In this document: positions 24,801 through 38,700 of the stretch, piece after piece
Numbering within the stretch: position 1 is the first letter of the stretch
How the letters are laid out: every line of letters starts with the position of its first letter
Source: Octopus vulgaris
Lineage: Eukaryota
Direction of reading: 5' to 3'
DNA length: 64,000 bases
NCBI GenBank assembly: GCA_951406725.2
Contig: OX597824.1
Coordinates: 86,242,001-86,306,000, forward strand
Translations under genes and position numbers: made by a program
Notes under the pieces: model-generated
Seen by the model: only the letters and a program-made list of their open reading frames with translations
Database searches by the model: none
Told to the model about the DNA's origin: nothing

Positions 24801-27800
24801 ACACACACACATGCGTGTGCACATGCACATACACACAACGATATTAATTTGTAATACATATGATGAAAAATAGATGATGAAATATCATTTCAGAATTTCA
24901 TTATCTATTTGACATTTAAGATTCTGCAAAGTACATCAATATTTCATAAACTAAGGAATTATCAACTGAAAAAAAAGGAAAGAAAGGAAGAAAAAGGCTC
25001 TAATGTTTGCTTTATATGAGAATGGAGTTGTATTTATGAAGATATTTACTCAACTAAATATAATCCAGTTGGTGCTTTCTTCTTTTTCTTCCAATCAGGA
25101 CTCACGCCATTAGCCACAAAGAATAATCTCTAATTCAAGCCTACTCTAAGCTATTAAGAATGTATGTGGCAACTTGAAGATCCACCCACCACATGTGATA
25201 GACTGGTGGTTGCACGGGTGCAAAAGCTACGTTGTTATCCTCATTCCGTAAATGGTGGCTTTTAACGGGTGGAGAGCTGAACCGTCCTGGGGTACCGAGG
25301 ATTCACAATCTAGACTAGGGTCTGAAAGTTTAGCACACCATAATGGATTACACCATGGTTCCTCTGCTTTGTGGCAGAAGTAGGAAGAAAGAGTGAGAGA
25401 AAGTTCTGGTGAAAGAGTACAGCGGGGTTTACCCCCCTCCCTGCCAGAGCCTCGTGGAGCTTAGGTGTTTTTGCTCAATAAACACTCACAATGCCCAGTC
25501 TGGGAATGAAAACCACGTTCTTATGACTGTGAGTCCGCTGCCTTAACCACTGGGCCATTGCGCCTCCACTCCAGCTGGTGCTGACTAGAATGGCTTGTAC
25601 TACTTCATCAGGTAGAAGACATCAATTAGATCAAATGGACCCTGTACCACAACCCTTCATTGTATGTCCCCTAACAATGCTTGAGGCCACTATAGCAGAA
25701 GGGACTACAAAGAAGGAAAAGAAAGGGCCAACAATTTCAAAAGATGTCGATTGACAGAAAGGACTGAATATCATAGATGTAAAAAAAAACAAGGATCTGT
25801 GTGTGATACATCTCAACTTTGCCAAAAGCTTTCAGCAAAGTTGATGAGATGATGAGTCACAGACTGCATGCTACTGGTATTAAGGCGAGCTGGCAGAAAC
25901 GTTAGCACGCCGGGCGAAATGTTTAGCGGTATTTCATCTGCGTTATGTTGTGAGTTCAAATTCCTCCGAGGTCGACTTCGCCTTTCATCCTTTCGGGGTC
26001 GATAAATTAAGTACCAGTTACGCACTGGGGTCGATGTAATCGACTTAATACCTATGTCTGTCCTTGTTTGTCCCCTGTGTTTCGCCCTTTGTGGGTAATA
26101 AAGAAATAGGTATTACTGAAAACTAAGTGGGTGGCTGTATGATTTTTTAAAAGGTAGAAGTCACAGCTAATTGAGCCTTCTGTAAGGAGACATCAACTCT
26201 AAGCAGAGTCCCTTGGGAACTGTACTGGAACTACTACTGCAAATATGCCCTTAGTCATAAGTTACCCTTATGACTTAACAGCTATGTTTATGATACAAAA
26301 GTATCATAAGCAATCGTGGACCCTGATGATAGCTCAAAACCACAGAAGGACATGAGTGCAATATACTACATGTGGGCTGAAGAAAACAGCAAGCATTTCA
26401 ATCGTGAGAAATATGAAACTCTGCTATCAGCCCACAAGCAGACTGCAATTAGAATATATCATCATCATCATTGTTCAACCGTGGTCGAGACAATGGAATT
26501 TACCATGCTATGCCAGACTTCACGGTCCATCATGGCATTACGGAGGTCCTGTTGCTGGATGCCTGTATCCCTGGAGATTACATCAGGGTAGGAGAGTGTG
26601 CGCCCTCTGGTATTGCGAGTAGATGGCTTCCAGAGAAGAAGAGTAGAAATTACCTCTTTTTCAGCTCTACAACAATGTCCAGCAAACTGGACTCTCCTAC
26701 CTTTCACAAGAGATGACACTGGTGGTAGTTTCCCATATATTTGCATTTTGGTTGGATGGCGCTTCCACAAGAGATTTTGAGCTCTCATAAGGAGGCGAGT
26801 GTAGGTTCCATCCAACCGCCTCTCAAGCTTCTTTGATAACGTCCAGGTTTCTGAGCCATATAGTAGAATTGGTTCGACTGTGGCTTTGAAGATTTCAAGT
26901 TTGAAGTCTCTACTTAGATTTGATGACCAGATCTTATGCATGTCATTACAGGCTGACCAGGCCATACCCTTTCTAGTTAGAAAGTCTTTTCCAGATGATG
27001 ATATGTATGATCCAAGATATTTGTAATCAGAAACCATATTTAAGGGCGCATTGTTGAGAGTATGGATGATGCAATCACTGTTGGACAGGCACTTGTTTAT
27101 GTAATAATAGAATATATAGGACCAGTGGGTAGTGTAATCCTGGAGTCGGAATCAGTGTGTGACCTGGGAATCCACTTGAACAATAATGTCTCATTCTCTA
27201 TGCATGCAGGTGGCTGAATGGTTAGGTTCCGAGACATTCAGAACACGGAAGAAAATAAGCTATGTTGCTCCTTGAAGAACATTTGGGCTCTGACACCTGG
27301 ATTACTGCTCCCAAATTATGGTTGCCACAAAGTTTCAAACAGCAGAGCTCGAAGCAACCGATGCTATGGCATCAAGAAGATTGCCTCAGTACAACAGGTG
27401 AGTTATTGGGAGAGGCTAAAAGAACTGAGGCTCAACTCAGTTCTTTTAGAACTGAGCCATGAAAGATATGCAGAGATATATAATCATACAGAGATCATGG
27501 AAGATCTTACGGCTGAGTCGATCTTACTTCCTTTTCACTCCAGCCTGCTACAAGTCAAGATGACTTATTTCCTGCGCTCTGAATTTTTTTCCTCGTCTAG
27601 GCTAAAAAAGGCCCTCAATGTTTGTTTTTTTTTGTCCTGTTTTTATTCTTTATGTGTACTGTATTTTTTTATATTTGTATTTTTATTTTGTATTCGTATT
27701 TTTATTAGTATTGCTTTTACGTCCTGTTTTTGTCACATTTTTTTCTTTCCTTGTTTTTACCCCTCTGCAAGGGAATTTTTATTTAATTCCCTCGCAGGAA

Positions 27801-28162
27801 GGACTGGTCCAATGAGCGTGTCCTGTCCTTACCTTCGAAACATGCATGGAGTCGAACCGGGGACAGCTGATGAAGGGGAATGTTCCTTGTGTTGTTTGTC
27901 CTGTGTTCTGTTTTTTTGTTGTTAAAAAAAGTCCGTTTCCATGTTTGTTTTTATGTTTTCGTTTCTCGTTGAGTTCTACGTCTATTTGTGGTGTCCTGTA
28001 CTCACATATATATATTTATATATGCATGTATATATACATGTAGATGTAGGTACGTACATATATGTATGTATGTATGCATATATTTTATTTATTACATTAT
28101 TGTATGACTGAGCGCCCTCGCGTAGTTTCGTTTCGTTTCTTTCCTTTCTCCCAGTATGCTTT

Positions 28163-28209
<47 letters not shown>

Positions 28210-29482
28210 ATATAAAAGTATGTGTGTATTCACTCTATTCCTGGATAGAATCTATTACATTTAGTTTGATTTGATTTAACTTGTAGCCATTTTTCTGATA
28301 TAATTCTGACTTTTATTTTGACTACTCTTAGACAGTATTTGACCTAAGCATATGATTAACAGTTTAGTTAATGAGGGAGCTTTTGTAGTGGACAACCTGC
28401 TAGAAATAACAACTAAATCTCCTACAAATCCGACTCAACCATCTTAAAAAATGGAAGGATAGAAAAATATAATGTAGACCTAGATACACTTTACCTGAAT
28501 ACCAGCATTAAAAAAAGGCTGGAAGGTCACAACCGGAACACTGTTGATCATAAGTCTGCTAAACAACAACTAGTAACTAACTTTAGTATGTACACAAATA
28601 ATATTTACTTTATCTACTTCAGAGGGAAGGAAAATAGTCAACACCAACAGGATTTAGACTAAGAACTCTAAGCTATTAATTTGGTGTTCTACTGTGGTGA
28701 CTATCTCCACCACTTTTGCGCAATATCACCCACGACTCAGGTCAGGGGTTTACCCCCACCCCCAACTCCCAACTCACTATAAAAACAAGATAAAATCTAC
28801 CCCCTAATCCTAACCGCCCCACCTTGTATCACAATGAGCCATGTACACTGCTCTCTGCTCTTCCATCGTAATTTGTGAACAAAGAGTACTGTAAACCTGG
28901 AATGTTGAGAAATTGAGACCACCATTGGTTGAATTAGGTTCTAAGAAAGCATATTGGTTGACTGGAGAGCAGGGGAGGGGGCACAGAGTAAATAATAAAC
29001 TGCTATGACATAATCCGGTTCAGCTTGAGATTAGATAATGAAAAAGAAACACGGTATATTCCCCCCTGCACACACAGAGCATAGAGCTACCCCCATCTCC
29101 ATAACACAGCAAACAAAACTTACCTTTAAAGCGTTCACCAACATTACCAATGCGATGTGCTCTTTCTGAGCCAGCCAAATCAACAAAATGAAATTTGGCC
29201 GACATGCAGTGGGAAATTTCTGGAAGAGAAAGAGAAATGCTACAACTGAAAACACTGTAGAATGTATTCGTTAAATGTTGTATAAAGTATCTTTGTATCT
29301 AAAACAAGCTTAGTTTTTCCTTCTTGTTAGTAACAAAACATTAGAGCCAAGTGAGTGAAACATGTTAAAACAGGAGCAGAGTTGGTGTAGGAATAGGTGT
29401 GAATAACGGACTAAGATTCTTGGAGAGCATTCAGTTGGCCACATGCATACAACAGACCTATTCAATTACACTTGTACGTTAC

Positions 29483-29518
<36 letters not shown>

Positions 29519-32500
29519 TCGTCGTCGTCGCCACCGTTATTTACCTACATCATCATAGCCTCCTGCCACCTGCTTATCATGTTCAGGAACCTAGTGAAGG
29601 GTGTCGGCAAGAGGATCTAGAACCTGTCCGTGAGTCAAGAAATTTTTGACACCATGGATCTCTATTGGTAATATGTATGTGTGTGTGTGTGTGTGCATAC
29701 ATGTGTTTATTTATTTTGGTAGTTTTGACTTTAAGAGTCCCTCCTAGCGTGTGGCATTTATGTATAGTAATGCCCTCTGTATAATAATATAAATAAATAT
29801 ATTTAAATAAAAAAATTGGAGGATTTTTTTCTCTTATGAGGTTTTTCATGCCAACTACTTGATAAATTCTTATGAAGATTTTATCCTATTTTAAAATTGT
29901 ATATATATATATAACGGGAAGGTTTACGAAAATAAACAAAAGACGAAGGCAGGTGGAGTACAAACAAACAAATGTATTAGTATGGCGCTCAGGAATAAAA
30001 ATAGAACAAGTCTTTTACGTTTCGAGCCTACGCTCTTCGACAGAAAGATACACAGAAAAGAAACAAGGAGAGAAACAAGGAAGGAAAAAAGGAAGGAAAA
30101 AAAATATATATATAACCTTTGTGTGTGTGTGTATCTATATATTCTATATGTATGCTTAAGTACAAACAAACAAAGCTACTCAACAACAACAGCACTTAGC
30201 TGTTGCAATTTGAAACTTCATGTCTCTGAGACGTAACTGGAAACCTACCTCGGTCACTCGATACTGAACAGTTGGTAGGGTAATCAAAATGTCTGCTACT
30301 GAAAATGTCAGAATTGGTCCACTTCTGGTCTGGCAATTGATATCATGCAGAAGAGAAATAGTGGTTTTATGCATGCAGTTAGTAAAACAGGAACAAAAAA
30401 AAAAAAATCCAAACGAGTGAATGATTTACATATTGTTAAAAACAAGTCAAGAAACTCTGCCAAGCAAAGAATATCGAACATCTGTGGAAGTATATTTTTT
30501 AATTATAGAGCCTCGCCTGGCCCCCGTGCCGGTGGCACGTAAAAAGCACCACCCGACCGTGGCCGTTGCCAGCGCCGCCCCGACTGGCCTCCATGCAGGT
30601 GGCACATAAAAAGCACCCACTACACTCATGGAGTGGTTGGCGTTAGGAAGGGCATCCAGCCGTAGAAACATTGCCAGATCAGACTGGGCCTGGTGCAGCC
30701 TTCTGGCTTCCCAGACCCCAGTTGAACCATCCAACCCATACTAGCATGGAAAGTGGACGTTAAACGATGATGATGATGATAATGATCTTCATCACTGATT
30801 TTAGAATTATTTTTAAATAAACAGGCACAGGCATCACTGTGTGGTAACATACTTACTTCTGAGCTACATGGTTCCAGGTTCAGTCCCACTGTGTGACACC
30901 TTGGGAAGTGTCTTCTACTATGGCCTCAAGCCAACAAAAGCCTTTTGAGTGGATTTAGAAGACGGAAACTGAATGAAGCCCTTTGTATATATGTGTGTGT
31001 GTGCCAGCATAGAAGGCAGACATTAAACGATGACATTTAGGCGCAGGAGTGGCTGTGTGGTAAGTAGCTTGCTTACCAACCACATGGTTCTGGGTTCAGT
31101 CCCACTGCGTGGCACCTTGGGCAGGTGTCTTCTACTATAGCCTCGGGCCGATCAAAGCCTTGTGAGTGGATTTGGTAGATGGAAACTGAAAGAAGCCTGT
31201 CATATATATATATATATGTTTGTGTGTCCTCCCCCTCAACATCGCTTGACAACCAATGCTGGTTGTTTACGTCCTTGTAACTTAGTGGTTCAGCAAAAAG
31301 AAACCGATAGAATAAGTACTAGGCTTACAAAGAATATGTCCTGGGGTCGATTTGCTTGACTAAAGGCAGTGCTCCAGCATGGCTGCAGTCAAAGTGACAA
31401 AAACAAGTAAAAGAGTATATATATATATATATGTATGTATGTATGTATGTGTGTGTGTGTGTGTGCGTCTGTCTGTCCCCCACCACTGTTTGATAACCGG
31501 AGTTGGTGTGCTTACATCATTGTAACTTAGCAGTTTGGCAAAAAGTGACCAAAAGGCTACTAAAAAATAAGTACTGGGATCAGTACATTTCATTGAAAAT
31601 TTTTCGAAGCTGTGCTCCAGCATGGCCACAGTCTAGTGACTGAAACAAGTAAATGAAAAATAAATACATGCTCTCACTGAGATCAGCTCTGTTTTTCATC
31701 CCCCTGGGGTCAATAAGGTATAGTACCAGCTAATTACTGAGGTTGATTGTATTACCGAACTTCTCCACTATTCAAAGTTAATGTTACAAGCGTAACTTAG
31801 GAACAATTATTGTTGTTGTTGTTGTTGCTATGGCGGCGAGCTGGCAGAAAAGTTAGGTGCTTTTTATGTGACACCAGCAGAGGTGTTTTTAAGTTAAGTT
31901 AATTTTTTGGCTCAAAAAGCAAAAAGCAAGGCCATGTAGGGGGACATGGAGTTATGTACAGGGAGGATGTTCATGCAAAGAGTTCAGGCCATTTCTGGCC
32001 AAGAGAGACTTTGAACCGAGCGGTCGTCGGCATCTTCACTATCTCGTCCGGCAGCTTATTCCACGGATCAGCAACCCGGACGGAGAAAGCCCCCTCTCCT
32101 TCGATTGAGATGAAATCGTCGCAGATATAGCTTTTCGGAGTGACCCCGCAGCCGACGCTCTGGAGCAGGAGTGAAGAACAGCTCTTTCGAGAGGTTACAC
32201 TTTCCGCTTTTGATGTGACACAAGCACAGGTGCTTTTATGTGACACCAGGACAAATGATTTCTATGTGGCACCAGCACAGGTGCTTTTTATGCAGCACCA
32301 ACACAGGTGCCCTTCACATAGCACTGGTACAGGTGCTTTTTACATGGAATCAGCACAGCTGCTTTTTATATGGCACCGACACCAAACCAGAAATTTCTAA
32401 GCCCTCAATCATTTATATATCACATAATTGGATGGCTGTTGACTCTCCTGACTTCATCTGCCTTTTGACTGGTCTTATCTTTCATCTTACAGGCTGTCCA

Positions 32501-35500
32501 AGAACCACCTTTCTCACCAAACAAACTCAGTGGTGTTGCAGGTTTAGTTAAGGCGGCGAGCTGGCAGAAACGTTAGCACGCCAGGCGAAATGCTAAGCAG
32601 TTTTTCGCCTGCCGTTACGTTCTGAGTTCAAATTCTGCTGAGGTCAACTTTGCCTTTCACCTTTTTGGGGCCGATAAATTAAGTACGCACTGGGGTCGAT
32701 GTAATTGACTTAATCCGTTTGTCGGTCCTTGTTTGTCCTCTCTGTGCTTAGCCCCTTGTGGGTAGTAAAGAAATAGGTTTAGTTACCAACAGTCCAACCA
32801 TGCAACAGGTTGTACAGGATTACATCTTAATAAAAGCACACACACACACACACACACATAAAAATATTGAATTCTTGTCAAAACTACTTTATAAATGTTG
32901 TTTTAATTCACAAGAAACATGACATAGAAGTCGGGTCATTTCATAAACAAAAGAAACTAGTTTTAAGCGCATTTGCATAGCCAAGCACAATATACTACAC
33001 AGACAATAGTAACATTGTATACCTATAACAATGGTGAAAACCGAGTGTGATCGGCTGGAGTGTTCATTCATTTGTGTCAACCCAGTGTGACGAACTGCAG
33101 AACCAGACTCCAAACAGGAAAACACATCTTCCATGCTTTCACATTTTACCTCCTGGACACCGGATATCACTGAAACAATATTAAATCGATAACTGATCAA
33201 TAATTCAAACCAACTGTAAATGAAAGAAAAACATAGACCCCCCCCACCAATGGACAAATTTTTAGGTGCAGGCATGGCTGTGGTTAAGCTTGCTTTGTGA
33301 CCAAATGGTTCCCGGTTCAGTCCCACTGCATGGCACCTTGGGCAAGAGTCTTCTATTATAGCCCTGAGATGACCAATGCCTTGTGAGTGAAGTTGGAAGA
33401 CAGAAACTGTGTGGAAACCTATCATGTGTGTGTGTGTGTGTGTGTGTGTGCACGTATCATTGTGCGTGTGTGTGCGTGTGTGTGCACATATCATTGTGTG
33501 TGTCAGAGTGTGTGTGTGTGTGTGTATACCTTTGTCTTGAGATACATGAAGGACAGATTGGATAGTGTTGTCTAAAGGTATGTAGTACACTTGAATAACA
33601 GGCAGGAAGGTCATGGCTGGAATGCCAATGATCATAAGCTCACTCAATCAGGATTTACTTAGGGACTAAACAACAACAACTTATTAATCTACCTCTAAGT
33701 AGGTATTTAGTAAGTAGGGTTCTGTACTGCAAATGGTGGGAACACTGTACAATTTATGCGTGTTTATAGCAGTGCTGTGTTCAACCTTCTCCGACAGAAA
33801 CGCTACCTTCTTCAAGGGAAAGAGGGTCAGTATTGTGCCAACTGCCCAACCTTGTAAAGGCAAAAGGCAGCAGGGACCAATGATACATGAGGTCGTGTCT
33901 AAGTTATGTCACAAAGTATTTGGAGGACAGCACAAGAACAAATATGATTTAACCAGCGCCGCCTGGCTGACGTCCGTGTCGGTGACATGTAAAAGCACCA
34001 ACCGATCGTGGTTGTTTGCCTACCTAGCTCTGGCCCCTGTGCCGGTGGCACGTAAAAAACAGCCACTACACTCACGGAGTGGTTGGCGTTAGGAAGGGCA
34101 TCCAGCTGTAGAAACACTGCCAAATCAGACTGCAGTCTGGTGCAGCCTCCATGGCTTCCAGACCCCGGTCGAACCATCCAACCCATGCTAGCATGGAAAA
34201 CAGACATTAGACAATGATGATGATGATAGATGTATGGGGGGTGGGGGGTGCTGGAAAGTTCCTGGTTTTGGGAAGAAGAAGATGCAGAAAGACCAGTTAA
34301 TTATGATTTTATTAACCACTAGCAGCTAAGCCCGGTTTCACCCGGTCTGTTTGGATAATGTGGCTGTGTTCATTTTCGGTTAGGCATAATCTTTAATAGC
34401 GTTTCTCAACCTTATCTCCTCAAAGACATACATCATCTCGAAAGAGTCCAGAAGCTGGCTACCCACATGGTTCTTGGTCTCAAGCATTTGTCTTATGAAG
34501 AAAGGCTGAAGATGCTTGACCTTTATTCTCTAGAAAAACGCCGCCACCGTGGTGATCTCATTCTTGCTCAAAACATCATAAGAGGAAAGTGTAACCTCTC
34601 AAAAGAGCTGTTCTTCACTCCTGCTCCAGAGCATCGGCTGCGGGGTCACTCCGAAAAGCTCTATCTGCGATGATTTCATCTCAATCAAAGGAGAGGTGCT
34701 TTCTCCGTCTAGGTTCTGGATCCGTGGAATAAGCTGCCGGACGAGATAGTGAAGATGCCGACGACCGCTCAGTTCAAAGTCTCTCTTGACCAGAAATGGC
34801 CTGAACTCTTTGCATGAACATCCTCCCTGTACATAACTCCATGTCCCCCTACATGGCCTTGCTTTTTGAGCCAAAAAATTAACTAAACTTAACTTAACTC
34901 AACCTTATCATTTTGGGTCCCCTGTTTCGATTGGAGACCCCACCCCGTCAGAAAACAGCTTCTAAGCAACTGGTTGTTTTAATGGCGGAAGAAAGGGGAA
35001 TTCCATTAGAAAAGGATTTCATTGATTTTCTCAGTAAGTATGGGGGCTAGGGAAAAACTATAAACAGCATTCCAATCTATATACCTGCCTCTACATGTGT
35101 GCCATTTTTCACTCGAATCCACCCAGCCCTTTGGCTGTGAACCTCAAGACAAGAAAGAATACAACGATAGCCCATGTCCAATTTATATTATAGATGTCTC
35201 CCTCTCAGATTCACACACTTATTGCAGTGGTCCTTCAGGTCTCTTAAACCCTGTAAAAGGACTCGGAAGGTTGGGCCTCCAATAGGGCCTTTCGCAACAC
35301 CCTTAAAGCCAGGAACTTTGCAGCACTCCCTCGTGTGTAAATTGTTGCTTAGCCCTAGGTAAATCTGATCAAATAGATCTTAGAATCAAAGACATTCCAG
35401 CTATGACCATCTCTTCCTTTATGTGTATCTAGGACTACATTGTTTAATGAAGCCATTTCCTCATTTCGGAGAGTAAAAAGCAATTTGTAAGATGTTTGGC

Positions 35501-35621
35501 TGCTATTTCTCACAGATTAAGTGACTACATACTGACTTCCACATTGGCTGTCTATGAGTGTGTGTGTGTGTGTGCATGCACATATATATGCATGTGAGAA
35601 TGTGAGGAGAGAAAGAGAGAG

Positions 35622-35711
<90 letters not shown>

Positions 35712-38700
35712 TCTACCTACCAGTATTCCCTTTCTCATCCTCTCGCACATGTAAGGTTTTATTGTCCACATCCAGCAGGTCACACAACTCTTCTAGGTAG
35801 ATTTCAATGTAGGACACCCGCACCGCAAAATGAATGTTGCCCTTTGACTGGAAAACAAAAAAAAAGAAAAGAAAAAAACAACAACAAAAATTGGATAAAA
35901 AACTACTATGGCAAGCTCATATGATGTATATGGATGAGGACAGCCAAATAAAGAAGTGCCGATCTCAAATTGTAGTGGACGCCTGTGCAAGGAGTAGACT
36001 CAGAAAAATGTGGGACAAAGTGGTGAGAAAGGAGATTCAGACATTGGGTCTCATTGAGGAGATGACAAGGCAAATACATATATATTTGCTGTGCTTGAGA
36101 AGACACACTTCAAGCTAAGTAAAATCGTGGCCATCCTTACATACAGGCATGTCCTTTAAGGCCCTGTCTCCTCTACATAGAGGCATGTACTTTAAGGCCC
36201 TGTCTCCTCTACATACAGGCATGTCCTTTAAGGCCCTGTCTCCTCTACATACAGGCATGTCCTTTAAGGCCCTGACACCTCCACATACAGGCATGTCCTT
36301 TAAGGCCCTGTTTCCTCTACATACAGGCATGTCCTCTAAGGCCCTGTCTCCTCCACATACAGGCATGTCCTTTAAGACCCTGTCTCCTCCACATACAGGC
36401 ATGTCCTTTAAGACCCTGTCTCCTCCACATACAGGCATGTCCTTTAAGGCCCTGTCCCCTCTACATACAGGCATGTCCTTTAAGGCACTGTCTCCTCTAC
36501 ATACAGGCATGTCCTTTAAGGCCCTGTCCCCTCTACATACAGGCATGTCCTTTAAGGCCCTGTCTCCTCTACATACAGGCATGTCCTTTAAGGCCCTGAA
36601 AGCTCCAGGATACATCCACAGCAAACAAACCAAACACTAAAGTACAAGTAAATAAATGCTTTCAAGTAAACAGTCTAAGGTTATTTCCTGAACAACACAC
36701 AAGTATTACAGACGCAGTGCAGTGTTCATAAATATATTCGTCTGGTCCTCCACTTCATACATCATATTCATTAAAAAAGTGGAGAGAGAGCGTAGATAAT
36801 TGAATCAGTAATGTACCTGGCAACAAGCAGGGAGGTAGCAATTCTTAACAGCAGGCTGACACTGTGTTGCACTTGTGGTCACGATGCTAAGGTACCAACA
36901 ATCAAATCACGTTTGCTCTCAGCTGGTATCTCATTGATATACTTCACTAGCGTAAGACTATGTGAAGGTGTGTGGCTTAGTGGTTAGGGCATTCGGCTCA
37001 TGATCGTAAGGTCATGAGTTCAATTCCTGGCGGTGCATTGTGTCCTTGAGCAAGACACTTTATTTCACGTTGCTCCAGTCCACTCAGCTGGCAAAAGTGA
37101 GTTGTACCTGTATTTCAAAGGGGCCAGCCTTGTCACACACTGTGTCACGCTGAATCTCCCTGAGAACTACATTAAGGGTACATGTGTTTGTGAAGTGCTC
37201 AGCCATTTGCACGTTAATTTCAGGAGCAAGCTGTTCCGTTGATCGTATCAGCTGGGACCCTCGTAAAAACTGGTGTTTCATTGGCCTGCAGTGTTGAGTT
37301 TGATTCATGTTACCATTAGTAGGTGCAAGTCTGTGTGGTAAGAAGCTTCTTTAAGGCGGCAAGCTGGCAGAAACGTTAGCATGCCAGGCTAAATGCTTAG
37401 CAGTATTCCATCTGCCGCTACATTCTGAGTTCAAATTCTGCCAAGGCCGACTTTGCCTTTCATCCTTTCGGGGTCGATTAAATAAGTACCAGTTACGCAC
37501 TGGGGTCGATATAATTGACTTAATCCTTTTGTCTGTCCTTGTTTGTCCCCTCTGTGTTTAGCCCCTTGTGGGCAGTAAAGAAATAAGAAGCTTGCTTCAC
37601 AACCACAAGGTTCTGGGTTCAGTGCCACAGCGTGGCACCATGTGCACATGCCTTCTGCTATAGCCTCAGACCAACCAAAGCTTTGGGAGTGGATTTAGTA
37701 GGCAGATACTGAAAGAAACCCATCGTGTGTGTGTATGTGTGTGCATGTGTTTGTCCTCCACCACCACTTGACAATTGGCATTGGTGCGTTTACGTTTTCA
37801 TGACTTGGCAGTTCAGCAAAGAAACTAATAGAATACGTACCAGGGCCGGTTTATTCAACTAATGATTCTTCAAGCTGGTGTGCCAGCATGGCCATGGTCT
37901 AATGACCGAAAGAAGTTCTTGCAAGTTAAGCAAACCACACCGAGACATCCTTGATGAGTTAAAGAACCAAAATAAACATCATCATCATCATCGTTTAACG
38001 TCTGCTTTTCATGCTAGCATGGGTTGGACGGTTCAACTGGGGTCTGGGAAGCCCGAAGGCTGCACCAGGCTAGTCAGATCTGGCAGTGTTTCTACAGCTG
38101 GATGCCCTTCCTAACGCCAACCACTCCGTGAGTGTAGTGGGTGCTTTTTATGTGCCACCGACACAGATGCCAGACGGAGCTGGCAAACGGCCATGATCGG
38201 ATGGTGCTTTTTACGTGCCACTGGCATAACAACACAAAAAAAAATTGGATGCAAAATAAAAAAAAATATTGGAAGGGCATCTAGTAGCAAAAACCTATTT
38301 CTTTACTGCCCACAAGGGGCCAAACACAGAAGGGACAAACAAGGACAGACAAACGGATTAAGTCGATTATATCGACCCCAGTGCGTAACTGGTACTTATT
38401 TAATTGACTCCGAAAGGATGAAAGGCAAAGTTGACCTCGGTGGAATTTGAACTCAGAACGTAGTGGCAGACGAAATACCACTAAGTATTTCGCCCCGCGT
38501 GCTAACATTTCTGCCAGCTTGCCACCTTTGTGAAAACCATGCCACAACTGACTTTGCCTGCAATTGTGCCATGTAAAAAGCACTCAATCCACGCTGCTGG
38601 GTGGTTGGTGTTATGAAGGGCATCCGGTCGTAAAACTCCTGCCAAAACAGATATAGAAGTCTGGTGCAGATTCCTGCCTGGTTGGCTCCTGCTTGGCCAG

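Noticed and set aside
27830-27885. Hammerhead (cgaaacatgcatg...gtc...ctgatgaagggg)
   Set aside because: Core pieces are present but stems I and III do not pair; at most a decayed remnant of a (TA)n-associated element.
36138-36598. CRISPR-like array (36-bp repeats)
   Set aside because: Units are contiguous with no unique spacers, there are no cas genes, and the context is a eukaryotic intron; it is a minisatellite.
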